A DNA stretch of 64,000 bases from contig CAWBEI010000002.1 of assembly GCA_963787835.1 (NCBI GenBank), positions 1,216,001 to 1,280,000 on the forward strand. The letters are read 5' to 3'. Origin of the DNA: Ignavibacteriota bacterium. GTDB taxonomy: Bacteria; Bacteroidota; Ignavibacteria; Palsa-1295. A model generated the notes under the pieces. That model saw only the letters and a list, made by a program, of their open reading frames with translations, did no database searches and was not told the DNA's origin. The position numbers were made by a program, and so were the translations under genes. The first letter of the stretch is position 1; each line of letters starts with the position of its first letter. Shown one piece after another: positions 47,567 through 57,205 of the stretch.

Positions 47567-48706
47567 TCAGCGCAATCCCGGTTCTGGATTCTGATTGAAT
47601 ACCTTCTTCTTTCTCGGTGCGCGAACGGGGCGTTTGCGAGCGGGAGCTTTTGTGGGCTTCGTCTCTTCGACAACATCGGGATAGGTATAGATGTCGTACT
47701 TGTAATTGCGGAGCACCCAGTTCTTTTCGTCGTGACTGACAACGTAGTTCGGCAGCATGGGAATTTTTCCGCCGCCGCCGGGCGCGTCGATCACGTAATA
47801 GGGGATGGCAAGTCCGGAAGTCCAGCCACGAAGCTTTTCCATAATATCCAAGCCAACCTTGACCGGAGTGCGGAAATGGTTTGCGCCCTTCGTAAGATCA
47901 GCCTGATAAATGTAATAGGGCCGAACGCGCATGGCGAGCAGCTTTTGCATCAGCTCTTTCACGACCATCGGGTCGTCATTCACGCCTTTCATCAGCACCA
48001 TTTGGTTACCGACGGGGCATCCGGCATTGGCGAGCATCTCAGTCGCTTGCTTGGCCTCCGGCGTGCATTCCCACGGATGGTTAAAGTGAGTGTTTACGTA
48101 AATGGGATGATACTTCTTTATCATCTCGCAAAGATTGGGCGTAACTCGCTGTGGAAGCACACACGGAATCTTTGTTCCAAGCCGAATGATCTCGACATGT
48201 GGAATTTCTCGCAACCCCTTCAGAATTTTTTCGAGCATGAAATCCGTCAGTGTGAGCGGATCGCCGCCGGAGAGAATAACATCCCGGACTTCCGGATGCG
48301 CGGCGATATAATCCAGCCCATCCTGAATGTACTTCATCGAAATTTTGGAAGAATCGCCGACTTTGCGCTTGCGCGTGCAGAAACGGCAGTACATCGAGCA
48401 CTGACTCGTTACAAGAAAAAGTACGCGATCGGGATAGCGGTGTGTGATGCTCGGCACCGGCGACATGGCATCCTCATTCAGAGGATCGTCGGGTGCATCG
48501 ATGTCCGCGAGTTCAATTTCGTCTGGCACGCATTGGAGCCAGATCGGGTCGCCCTTATGACGGATGAGCGACAGATAGTACGGGTTTACGCGAGTTTGAA
48601 AGAAGTCGTTCAGTTGGTCCGCAACTTCCGGCTTGATACCGAATTGAGAAATGATCTCTTCTTTGGATTCAACGGATTTGCGGAGTAGCTCTTGCCAATA
48701 TTCCAT
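47567..48706 (-). CDS. kamA: KamA family radical SAM aminomutase (lysine 2,3-aminomutase-like)
   Basis: THRYPDRVL, CSMYCRFCTR, LSGGDPL, THFNHP, PYYIYQAD, DAPGGGGKIP. Confidence 0.9.
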   Translation of the reverse strand: MEYWQELLRKSVESKEEIISQFGIKPEVADQLNDFFQTRVNPYYLSLIRHKGDPIWLQCVPDEIELADIDAPDDPLNEDAMSPVPSITHRYPDRVLFLVTSQCSMYCRFCTRKRKVGDSSKISMKYIQDGLDYIAAHPEVRDVILSGGDPLTLTDFMLEKILKGLREIPHVEIIRLGTKIPCVLPQRVTPNLCEMIKKYHPIYVNTHFNHPWECTPEAKQATEMLANAGCPVGNQMVLMKGVNDDPMVVKELMQKLLAMRVRPYYIYQADLTKGANHFRTPVKVGLDIMEKLRGWTSGLAIPYYVIDAPGGGGKIPMLPNYVVSHDEKNWVLRNYKYDIYTYPDVVEETKPTKAPARKRPVRAPRKKKVFNQNPEPGLR

Positions 48707-48877
48707 AATAAGTGATTTGATCGAACCATTGCTTCCGGCCTCCCGGAAGACACGGCTCGTGTTAACATTAATGCTTTACATCACGCCGCACATTTCGCAG
48801 CTCTGATGCGCCAACGATTCTTTTTTTCGTCTGCTAAAAGAAGATGTCCCGCTTTCACGGTCGATCTTCCTTTTTGC

Positions 48878-48906
48878 AATATACTACATTGCGAACGAAA
48901 AAGCAA
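48878..48906 (-). promoter_or_regulatory. Putative sigma70 promoter for kamA
   Basis: Minus strand TTGCTT-17 nt-TATATT. Confidence 0.5.
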
Positions 48907-48931
48907 ATCGTCGGCTTAAAAATCTTTCAAT

Positions 48932-48993
48932 TGTAGCGCCGGCGTCCTCGCCGGTTCCCTCGGCGTGGGACCGGCGAGGACGCCGGCGCTACA
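48932..48993. repeat. GTAG-type REP dimer (perfect 24-bp inverted repeat)
   Basis: TGTAGCGCCGGCGTCCTCGCCGGT ... ACCGGCGAGGACGCCGGCGCTACA. Confidence 0.85.
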
Positions 48994-48998
48994 TGTTA

Positions 48999-49466
48999 TC
49001 AAACTCTTTTGCCGAAAATAACGAGGTCGTCACCTGGTTTATAATAATCTTTGATCTGCGCAAGCACTTCGTAATGCTGCTTTAGGTAAAACGCCCTTGT
49101 GCGTTCGTAACTTGGCTGGCTGCTGGTTTCAGCGATGAGAAGATAGCCGCCGCGCTCGCGCACGAACTGGACAGCGAAGGTGTCTAACTGCTGCGCGATT
49201 CCGTGTCCCTGATAGTCCGGATCGACTGCGATCCAATACATATCATAAGTTCCAACGGTGGCTGGTGTTGGCCCGAGCAGGAGAAACCCTGCTACGCGAT
49301 CCGATATTTCCGCTACGTAAGCAAAATAATCTTTTTGCTCTGGTTGTCCCGTACAAATGTCAATGAGCTCTTCAGCGATCGCGACTTCGGCTTCTGAAAA
49401 ATTCTTCGTAGCCCTGATAAGGTGGAGAATGTTTTCGCGATCTTCTTTTTTTATTTCACGTATCAT
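48999..49466 (-). CDS. GNAT family N-acetyltransferase
   Basis: YWIAVDPDYQGHGIA acetyl-CoA motif, ETSS, FY. Confidence 0.9.
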   Translation of the reverse strand: MIREIKKEDRENILHLIRATKNFSEAEVAIAEELIDICTGQPEQKDYFAYVAEISDRVAGFLLLGPTPATVGTYDMYWIAVDPDYQGHGIAQQLDTFAVQFVRERGGYLLIAETSSQPSYERTRAFYLKQHYEVLAQIKDYYKPGDDLVIFGKRV

Positions 49467-49567
49467 TGGAAACAATGTTACGAATGTCGCGCTTAACGTC
49501 TCGAATGTTTCGATGGTTCAATGTTGAAGGCTTCATTCAAAAATTTTCATACACCGGCTCGACCGTT

Positions 49568-50623
49568 TTATCGAGCACGAGCGACCGCCCGGTCAAGAAT
49601 TTCATTTATGGTTCCAGCGAAGGTTCGGCCGCTCGCACGTGCTGCGCGCATGAATCCCGCATCTTCGCTGATATCCGGATTCGGATTTGCTTCGAGCACG
49701 AAAAGGTTGCCGTATGCATCCAAACGCATATCCACACGCCCATAATCACGAAGTCCCACGGCGTTCGCAGCGCGTAACGCGATGGTTCGAGCTTCGCTCG
49801 CAATGTTCTCCGGCAACTTCGCCGGACATTCCGGCATCGTCGTTTGATAAAGAGGCGACTCTTCCACCCACTTCGCTTCGTAGCTCACGATGTGCGGCAT
49901 TCCTTCCGGCATGTTATCGAATGTAATTTCCGAGATCGGAAGCGTGATGAACTTACCATCAGACGCCGCTAACACTGCAACGTTTAATTCGCGGCCATCG
50001 ATAAATTCTTCTGCGAGCGCCGGTTGATCGAATTCTTTTTGAATGAACTGGACTCTTCTTTCGAGAGCATGCACATCATGCACGATCGCGTTGGAGTCGA
50101 TTCCTATGCTCGCATCTTCATGTACGGGCTTCACGATAAGTGGGAAGCGCATTTCTGGATCAAGTCCTCCCAATATTTTGTGCTCGAAGAGCTGATGTCG
50201 CGGAGTGGGGATTCCCTTTGCAACGAAGATAGCCTTCGCGAGCGCCTTTTCAAGTGCAAGGCCAAGCGCAAGTGGTGGTGAACCAGTATAAGGAATACGA
50301 AATAATTCATAAAGCGCCGCCACATTCATTTCGAGCTTCGATTGTCCGAGAATCGATTCACAACAATTAAAGATGACTTCAGGGCGCTCATTGGCTAAGA
50401 ACGAGCATAGCTTCTCAGTGTTGTCGTCGGCACTGAAAATGGTTACTTGGTGGCCGTGCTCTTTAAGAGCGCTTGCGATGGAGCGCATTTGTTCGAGCAC
50501 GCCATATTCCGACGCATCGATGAATTCACTCGATGGCGGATGATAATTCGGATCCGACCGGCGCAGCCAGTGATCCTCGGAAGCCGTGTTGCGCGGCTCG
50601 TTATAAATAACGGCAACTCTCAA
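49568..50623 (-). CDS. D-Ala-D-Ala ligase-like ATP-grasp protein
   Basis: PYTGS, IVKPVHEDASIGI, EEFIDGRE, RVDMR, LEANPNP. Confidence 0.88.
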   Translation of the reverse strand: MRVAVIYNEPRNTASEDHWLRRSDPNYHPPSSEFIDASEYGVLEQMRSIASALKEHGHQVTIFSADDNTEKLCSFLANERPEVIFNCCESILGQSKLEMNVAALYELFRIPYTGSPPLALGLALEKALAKAIFVAKGIPTPRHQLFEHKILGGLDPEMRFPLIVKPVHEDASIGIDSNAIVHDVHALERRVQFIQKEFDQPALAEEFIDGRELNVAVLAASDGKFITLPISEITFDNMPEGMPHIVSYEAKWVEESPLYQTTMPECPAKLPENIASEARTIALRAANAVGLRDYGRVDMRLDAYGNLFVLEANPNPDISEDAGFMRAARASGRTFAGTINEILDRAVARAR

Positions 50624-50626
50624 GTC

Positions 50627-51101
50627 AATTACGAATTACGAATTACGAATTTCAAATTACGAATTTTAATCGGCGTCATCCTTTAATCTTCTTTTCATTG
50701 TTTTCTGAATGGATCCTAAAATTTTCAGCAATTCTTCGCAATCAGCAAGCATCGATTCAGCCATTTTCTTGGTGAGATAGCCCGAGTCACGCAATAGTCG
50801 AAGCCAATAGTGTGTTTCTCTTGCCTCACGATAAGAGATATTAAGTTTCGCGAGAAAATCCTTCTTGGACCTGGCTCCTACAAACTCCTCTGCGTTTGCT
50901 CCGATTGAAGTACCGGAGCGAAGTATTTGGTCTTTTAAAACAAATGCCTTTTTCTCCTGCAAATACTCACTCAACCCTATGATCCTAAGAGCAAACGCAT
51001 AGCTCTTATCTAAGATGATTTTTTGTTTCATCGCATAATGGGACTAAAGAGCACGCAGCAAGTAAATAAAATTCGTAATTCGTAATTTGAAATTCGTAAT
51101 T
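50627..51101 (-). mobile_element. Four-helix-bundle gene flanked by inverted AATTACG heptamer arrays
   Basis: Arms 50627-50668 and 51067-51101 are complementary arrays of AATTACG/AATTTCA; mobility is inferred. Confidence 0.6.
50666..51031 (-). CDS. Four helix bundle protein (23S rRNA IVP-like family)
   Basis: KSYAFALRII..QILRSGTSIGANAEE..SKKDFLAKLNISYREARETHYWLRLL. Confidence 0.9.
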   Translation of the reverse strand: MKQKIILDKSYAFALRIIGLSEYLQEKKAFVLKDQILRSGTSIGANAEEFVGARSKKDFLAKLNISYREARETHYWLRLLRDSGYLTKKMAESMLADCEELLKILGSIQKTMKRRLKDDAD

Positions 51102-52187
51102 CTACTTCTTTACTTGTTTGCGTTCAAATTGCAATGGGATACCGTACCGGTCGCAGCCGGATTTTAGGACAGATAGGAGCATCCCTTCATACGTGAGCCC
51201 CGCAGCGCGGGCGGCTTTGGGAAAGCAGGAATTTTCTTCGGGTTTGGGAAGAATGCCTGGTAACGGATTCACCTCGATGACATTCACGCGGCCGCGCGCA
51301 TCCAATCGGACATCGATGCGCGCCCAATCGCGGCAATCGAGGACTTCAAACGTCCGCAGCACGACGGCTTCAATCTCCTCTTTCAGCTTGATGGAAATAT
51401 CTGCGGGACAAGTGAAAATGTGGAGCGGACGTTCCGCTACATCATACACCCACTTTGCTTCGAACGAATAAATGTTATTCGCTTCAGGCGGAAGTTCACC
51501 GAGATTTATCTCGACGATCGGCAGTACATGTGCTTTCTCGCCTGAACCCAGGACCGCTACAGTAAACTCACGTCCGGGAAGGAACTCCTCGATGAGTGCG
51601 GGTTGATGATATTCGTTGGAGATTCGCTCGATCTCGCGGTTCATGGCATCTAGGCTTGTGACGAAGGATGAATTCCGAATGCCTTTCGAGGAGCCTTCGG
51701 AAAGCGGCTTTACAATAAATGGAAAATCAGCACCGGGCAGCATCGAGCGGATCGAGCCGATAGGACGATCCGAAGTAATGAATCGTGCTACCGGAATTCC
51801 ATGATAAGATAGGATCTCTTTGGTCCGAGCTTTATCGAGCATGAGCGCGAGCGCGAGCGGTCCCGAGCCAGTGTAGGGGATCTGCAGCATTTCAAGAACT
51901 GCCGGGAATTGGGCTTCCCGCGATGCTCCGGCAAATCCTTCGGCAAGATTGAAAACGATATCGAGATCATGCACAAGCAACCGGTCGAGCGCGCGATCCG
52001 GCACCGCTTCGATCACTTCGACCGTTACATCAGGGTGGGACGCTAATCCGGCCCGCACCGCTTCGATGGTTTCCGGCGCGTCCCATTCCGCATAGAGGTC
52101 ATCGTGCGGAATGTACGGATGGCGGGAACGTTCTCGTTCATCGAGAGTACTTTTGGGCTTGATATTGGCTAAGAGTCCTACGTGCAT
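51102..52187 (-). CDS. D-Ala-D-Ala ligase-like ATP-grasp protein
   Basis: YAEWD, FNLAEG, PYTGS, VKPLSEGSSKGI, EEFLPGRE, EVNPLPG. Confidence 0.88.
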   Translation of the reverse strand: MHVGLLANIKPKSTLDERERSRHPYIPHDDLYAEWDAPETIEAVRAGLASHPDVTVEVIEAVPDRALDRLLVHDLDIVFNLAEGFAGASREAQFPAVLEMLQIPYTGSGPLALALMLDKARTKEILSYHGIPVARFITSDRPIGSIRSMLPGADFPFIVKPLSEGSSKGIRNSSFVTSLDAMNREIERISNEYHQPALIEEFLPGREFTVAVLGSGEKAHVLPIVEINLGELPPEANNIYSFEAKWVYDVAERPLHIFTCPADISIKLKEEIEAVVLRTFEVLDCRDWARIDVRLDARGRVNVIEVNPLPGILPKPEENSCFPKAARAAGLTYEGMLLSVLKSGCDRYGIPLQFERKQVKK

Positions 52188-52385
52188 GTTTTAGATCGTT
52201 CAAAAAAATTCAGGGAAGATATTCGATAGAGATGAAAAAATCAGGTTAAAAATACGAATTGTATGTTGGAAGTCAAGTGTTCGAAACATTTTGTGGAAAA
52301 AAAGCACATCTGTTTACAACTTCTTACGTTACAAAAACTATTATGATGCAGGAATGCTTAATGAATCCTGCGTAATATTGCACAC

Positions 52386-54545
52386 ATGAACAACTCTCTT
52401 ATTTCTCGTGGATCATCATGGAGCCTGCTGGTGTGTTCCATGCTTTGTGTCGCGGGTGTGAAACCGGCGCCGGTCTGTGCTCAAGTGAAATTTAGCGCCG
52501 ACGAACGACGCATTATCACTATCACGGATGAGCGCCGCGATGCCGATAGCTTGTTGCCATATCTCACATCACCTATAGCTAAAGTTGCGCGGCGCGCGGC
52601 GATCGGGATTGGGAATATCGGCGATACCTCTATTCGTCCTGCTCTCCTAAAATATTTTCTTTCCGAGCAGCGAGATTCCGTTGCGGATGCAGAAGCCTTT
52701 GCGCTTGGTATGCTCGGGCCTGATGAGAAAACCTATCGTGCCCTGACGGAGGCGACAGCTCGGCACCCAACGACCGCGCGATTGATCGCCATTGCGCGAG
52801 TCGCGACAAAAGCCGATAGTGCCAGCGCTCCGAGCATCGTTGGGCAACTTGCCGATCAAAAGAAGATCGACGCGCTCACGGAAGCAGAAGCGTATGAGGA
52901 GTTTGCCTTGCATCATGAATCGAACTCCCACATGATGAACGATCTGGAGACGCTTGCGAACGATAACGATCCAAACGTGCGCTGGCGTGCCGCTTATGCT
53001 TTTGCCCGCGCCGATGATTCGCTCGATCTCTCTGGCCGATTTCTGAAACTCAAAGACTTATTGCTCGATCAGGGCTCTCCTTACGTTCGTATGTTTGGCG
53101 CGCTCGCGGTTGGAAAGCTCCATGATGCCCGGGCGGATACCGCGCTGTACCGCGCATATCGTGGTGAAAATGATTGGCGGGTGCGTGTGAGCATTCTTCG
53201 AGCCTTTGGGCAGTTTAAATCCCTGGATGCGTTAACCGTTAGCACGTTGCAACTTGCGGCCGAAAGTGCCTTGCGCGATAGTATGCTTGCGATACAGGTC
53301 GGGGTTACAGCGGGTGATGTCATCGAAGGCTTCATTACATCGGGTTGGCTTTCTCATGAGGATTCAGTATCACAGCGAGAGTGGCTCGATGGATTTAGCG
53401 GGACGGACGGTCGCCATGATGAGGTCGATCCGATCGTGGCTGCCCGATTGACAATTCCCGCTGTCCGGCTACAGACACCCACGCTGCGTGATGCGGTCAA
53501 GAACTATGCGCTCTATAGAGTTCCCACGATACGCAACTTTGCGGTGCGAGCCGCTGCGACGCTGCCGGATACAGGTTTTTTCTACTCAATCCTGCTTACG
53601 ATGTCGGCGTTCGATCCGATTGAGCAAATAGTAAGATTGGAAGTGCTCGACAGCATGTGGGGGCTTGCAAAGCGTATCCCAGCTTTTCGAAAATATCTCG
53701 AATCGGATCACATGGCGAATTTATATCGAGGACTTCTGATCCATATTTCCGATGTTGTGAATGATCCGGCAGTGGATGCGGTAGCACTCGATGCGATCCG
53801 TGACACAAGTATCATTCCCGATAGCTCCCGCAGGGCAGAGGCACGGCAGTTCGTCGAAAAATACATTCCCGCGTTCACGAACCCACGCTTCCGTGACGCT
53901 CTCCTGACCGCTATCAAAGACGAAGCCTGGCTTGGAGATACAAGCGCCGAAGTAGATAGAGAGGTTCGGGTCGCGTACGATTCTGCGAACACCTGGGGTG
54001 ATGGCGAGATAATGGATTCCATTATTGTGCTTCTAAAAACTATTGAAGGGAAGGATGTGGTCGTACCAAAACGGATACAACGAATCAGTAACATCGATTG
54101 GGCTACCCTCGAAAGCTTACCGTCGAATATGGTTCTAAACTTCACGAGCAGTTCTGTGAAGCTCCATCTGTTAACGGAGGAGGCTCCACTCACGGTGCTG
54201 AACATGGTGCGGCTGTCTCGCGAGCAATGGTTCGCCGGCAATATCGTGCATCGCGTGGTTCCAAATTTTGTGATTCAATCCGGTGATCCGAGTGGCACGG
54301 GATGGGAAGGCCCCGGATATACGATTCGCAGCGAGATAACGCCGAGGGAATATGATCGCGAAGGGATGGTGGGAATGGCAAGCGATGGTAAGGATACCGA
54401 AAGCTCGCAATGGTTCATCACAGAGTGCCCGACACCGCATCTGGACAGCCACTACACGATCTGGGCAGTGGTTACGAATGGGATGGATGAAGTCTGTAAG
54501 CGAAAAGTTGGGGATAGAATAGATTCCTTTAATGCATATCGCTGA
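52386..54545 (+). CDS. HEAT-repeat protein with C-terminal cyclophilin domain
   Basis: VRWRAAYA and WRVRV HEAT repeats; HRVVPNFVIQSGDP, GMASDGKDT, QWFI, PHLD. Confidence 0.88.
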   Translation: MNNSLISRGSSWSLLVCSMLCVAGVKPAPVCAQVKFSADERRIITITDERRDADSLLPYLTSPIAKVARRAAIGIGNIGDTSIRPALLKYFLSEQRDSVADAEAFALGMLGPDEKTYRALTEATARHPTTARLIAIARVATKADSASAPSIVGQLADQKKIDALTEAEAYEEFALHHESNSHMMNDLETLANDNDPNVRWRAAYAFARADDSLDLSGRFLKLKDLLLDQGSPYVRMFGALAVGKLHDARADTALYRAYRGENDWRVRVSILRAFGQFKSLDALTVSTLQLAAESALRDSMLAIQVGVTAGDVIEGFITSGWLSHEDSVSQREWLDGFSGTDGRHDEVDPIVAARLTIPAVRLQTPTLRDAVKNYALYRVPTIRNFAVRAAATLPDTGFFYSILLTMSAFDPIEQIVRLEVLDSMWGLAKRIPAFRKYLESDHMANLYRGLLIHISDVVNDPAVDAVALDAIRDTSIIPDSSRRAEARQFVEKYIPAFTNPRFRDALLTAIKDEAWLGDTSAEVDREVRVAYDSANTWGDGEIMDSIIVLLKTIEGKDVVVPKRIQRISNIDWATLESLPSNMVLNFTSSSVKLHLLTEEAPLTVLNMVRLSREQWFAGNIVHRVVPNFVIQSGDPSGTGWEGPGYTIRSEITPREYDREGMVGMASDGKDTESSQWFITECPTPHLDSHYTIWAVVTNGMDEVCKRKVGDRIDSFNAYR

Positions 54546-55576
54546 TGCCGCCAAGAATCTTCGAAGAAATTAGAACCAAGGCTAAGCAACGTGTAACGAC
54601 GGCGGGTCATCCTCGTCGCATCCTACTCGGGGATGCGATGGACCCACGCATGCTCGAAGCAGCCCGCATTGCGACCGATGAGTCGATCGCAACGATCGTT
54701 CTCATAGGCGATCCAAAAGAGCTTCAGCACGAAGCGTTGCGCGTGGGCCTTGATATGGGTGGTATCGAGAGCGTATCTCAGGAACGTTACCCCATGTTTG
54801 GGGGACTGGTTGACTCCTATTTCGAACGGCGTCAGGAGAAACTGGAGTCCAAAGCAGAAGCAGCATCGGAACTTCGTTCAGATGATCTTCTTTTTGGCGC
54901 AATGCTTACCAGTTCGGGTTATGCCGATGGTATGGTCGCAGGCTCGCTTTCCACGACCGCATCGGTGATACGAGCCGCATTGCGTGGCATTGGAACTGCG
55001 GACGGTGTTTCCGTTCTTTCGAGCATGTTCCTGCTCGCATTTCCTTCCATTCCCGGAATGCGCGAGCATGAATTCACGCTTGCCTTTGCGGACGCAGGAG
55101 TTGTACCCGATCCCACTGCCTTGCAGCTTGCGGATATTGCAATTCAGACTGCACGATCGTATGAGACGCTGACCGGAATCGAGCCACGAGTAGCCATGCT
55201 ATCGTTTTCAACAAAAGGCAGTGCCCACTCCCCTTCTGCAGAAAAAGTGATCGAAGCGACTGCACTGGCCCGCGCAAAAGCTCCCATGCTTGCCATCGAT
55301 GGCGAGTTACAATTCGACGCCGCGTTCGTTCCCGACGTTGCCGAGCGTAAATCGAAGGGAAGTGACGTTGCAGGACGTGCGAATGTTTTTATTTTTCCGA
55401 ATCTCGATGCCGGTAATATCAGTTACAAGATCGCGGAGCGGCTTGGAATGGGTGAGGCGGTCGGCCCAATACTTCAAGGGCTTCGCCACCCGATGAACGA
55501 TCTCTCGCGCGGAGCCAGCTTGAGCGATATTGTGAACATGATCGCCATAACAGTCTTGCAAGGAAATAACGTATGA
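54545..55576 (+). CDS. pta: Phosphate acetyltransferase
   Basis: VAMLSFSTKGS, DGELQFDAA, FPNLDAGNISYK, NDLSRG. Confidence 0.93.
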   Translation: MPPRIFEEIRTKAKQRVTTAGHPRRILLGDAMDPRMLEAARIATDESIATIVLIGDPKELQHEALRVGLDMGGIESVSQERYPMFGGLVDSYFERRQEKLESKAEAASELRSDDLLFGAMLTSSGYADGMVAGSLSTTASVIRAALRGIGTADGVSVLSSMFLLAFPSIPGMREHEFTLAFADAGVVPDPTALQLADIAIQTARSYETLTGIEPRVAMLSFSTKGSAHSPSAEKVIEATALARAKAPMLAIDGELQFDAAFVPDVAERKSKGSDVAGRANVFIFPNLDAGNISYKIAERLGMGEAVGPILQGLRHPMNDLSRGASLSDIVNMIAITVLQGNNV

Positions 55577-56349
55577 ATATTTTAGTCACTAACGACGACG
55601 GTATTAACTCCCGAGGGATCTACGATCTTGTTGTTGCCCTGCGCGAGATCGGGAATGTTATTGTGATGGCTCCATTGGGAGAGCAATCCGCCGTGGGGCA
55701 TGCGCTGACGGTCAGCCTTCCGTTGCGTGTGACGGAGTTCCAGAAGAACGGCGATTTTTTTGGATATGCTGTGAGTGGCACACCCGCCGATTGTGTAAAA
55801 CTTGCTTTGCGCACGTTTTTGGACGAACAGGGTCATCCACTACCCGATATTGTGGTAAGCGGCATCAATCATGGAAGAAATACCGCGGTGAATATTATTT
55901 ATTCCGGTACGGTCAGCGCGGCGACGGAAGCGACCGTGCTCGATGTTCCGGCCATTGCAGTTTCGCTCACAAGTTATCACCTTGATGCAGATTTTTCTGT
56001 TGCCGCGGAATTTATGAAGCGTTTTACTCCTGAAGTGGCGCGTCTGCGGTTGCCGCGCGGCACGCTGTTGAATGTAAATGTTCCTGCACTTCCGGCCTCT
56101 GAAATTCGTGGCGTAGCTTATACCCGACAAGGAGCTTCCTATTGGGAAGATGAGTTCGAGAAGCGCGTCGATCCACACGAGCGGCCGTATTATTGGCTGA
56201 AAGGCAAATACATTTTGGAAGATAAGTATCAAGACATCGATGACATCGCGATCCGCGAAGGTAAGATCAGCATTACGCCGATCCATTACGATCTTACGAA
56301 CTACGATTTTTTGGAAACGCTGCGCTCTTCGTGGCCTGATACATTTTAA
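55573..56349 (+). CDS. surE: 5'/3'-nucleotidase SurE
   Basis: ILVTNDDG, GTPADCV, SGINHG, YSGTVSAA. Confidence 0.96.
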   Translation: MNILVTNDDGINSRGIYDLVVALREIGNVIVMAPLGEQSAVGHALTVSLPLRVTEFQKNGDFFGYAVSGTPADCVKLALRTFLDEQGHPLPDIVVSGINHGRNTAVNIIYSGTVSAATEATVLDVPAIAVSLTSYHLDADFSVAAEFMKRFTPEVARLRLPRGTLLNVNVPALPASEIRGVAYTRQGASYWEDEFEKRVDPHERPYYWLKGKYILEDKYQDIDDIAIREGKISITPIHYDLTNYDFLETLRSSWPDTF

Positions 56350-56351
56350 GA

Positions 56352-57203
56352 GTGTTCGTTCTTCAAGAAACCTTCCGTTATCTCAAACATTCATGGGCAG
56401 CATGGCTCATGCAGACGCTTACGCTTGGCGTTGCGCTCGGCGTGAGCGCGCTGTTTGTGTTGCTTGCATGGAAAGCGCACGAGGCGATGTCATCGTTGAG
56501 AGCTAATCTTGCAATTGAAGCCTTTTTCGATCCAGACGTTGCTTCGCAGGATGCAATTTCGATCGTGGATCAGAGTGTCAAGTCTTTGCCTGGAATTTCT
56601 CGCATAATATTTATCTCGAAAGAACAAGCGCTTAGTGATTATGCAAAAATGTCCGGCGAGAATCCTGAGCAAGTACTTGGGGTGAACCCACTTCCCGCAA
56701 GCGTGAAAGTATTTCTTACCGAGCCAACCGCACAAGCTGCCAAACGCTTGGAAGAATCGCTTCGCAATATTCCAAAGGTACAAGAAGTAAAAAGCAATGC
56801 GCCTCTTATTGGCATTATGGAATCACGCTCATTAGCATTAGACCGCATTGCCATTATGCTTTGCTCGCTGCTTATTCTCGCTGCGTTCTTCTATGCATTT
56901 ATCGCATCGCGGCACGGGAATGAAATTCGTAAGGAGACCATTCGCACACTTACCCGAATCGGTGCCACCCGGTGGATGATCATGACGCCAATGGTACTCT
57001 ATAGCGCCCTGGCCGGAATTGCGGGCGGGATCACAGCGATGGGAATTCTCTTACTGATCCATACGCAAGTTCTTGCTTCGATGAGCGATGTATTCACGGT
57101 TGCACTGACATCGCGGGAAATTGTTATATCGAGTTGTGCGCTGGTAATTTCCGGACTGTTGATTAGCTCAGTTCCGTCTTTATTGCAGAGCAAACGCCCA
57201 TAA
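56352..57203 (+). CDS. ftsX: Cell division permease FtsX-like
   Basis: FISKEQAL, NPLPAS, IGATRW..P; 4-TM layout. Confidence 0.8.
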   Translation: MFVLQETFRYLKHSWAAWLMQTLTLGVALGVSALFVLLAWKAHEAMSSLRANLAIEAFFDPDVASQDAISIVDQSVKSLPGISRIIFISKEQALSDYAKMSGENPEQVLGVNPLPASVKVFLTEPTAQAAKRLEESLRNIPKVQEVKSNAPLIGIMESRSLALDRIAIMLCSLLILAAFFYAFIASRHGNEIRKETIRTLTRIGATRWMIMTPMVLYSALAGIAGGITAMGILLLIHTQVLASMSDVFTVALTSREIVISSCALVISGLLISSVPSLLQSKRP

Positions 57204-57205
57204 TA

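Noticed and set aside
47732-48688. 318-aa plus-strand ORF and many similar shadow ORFs
   Set aside because: Antisense to well-supported genes and no recognisable motifs
49470-49530. Loosely repeated AATGTT words between GNAT and the ligase
   Set aside because: No consistent period or inverted partner
50666-51031. Four-helix bundle as Avd of a diversity-generating retroelement
   Set aside because: No reverse transcriptase and no adenine-specific TR/VR pair seen in the window
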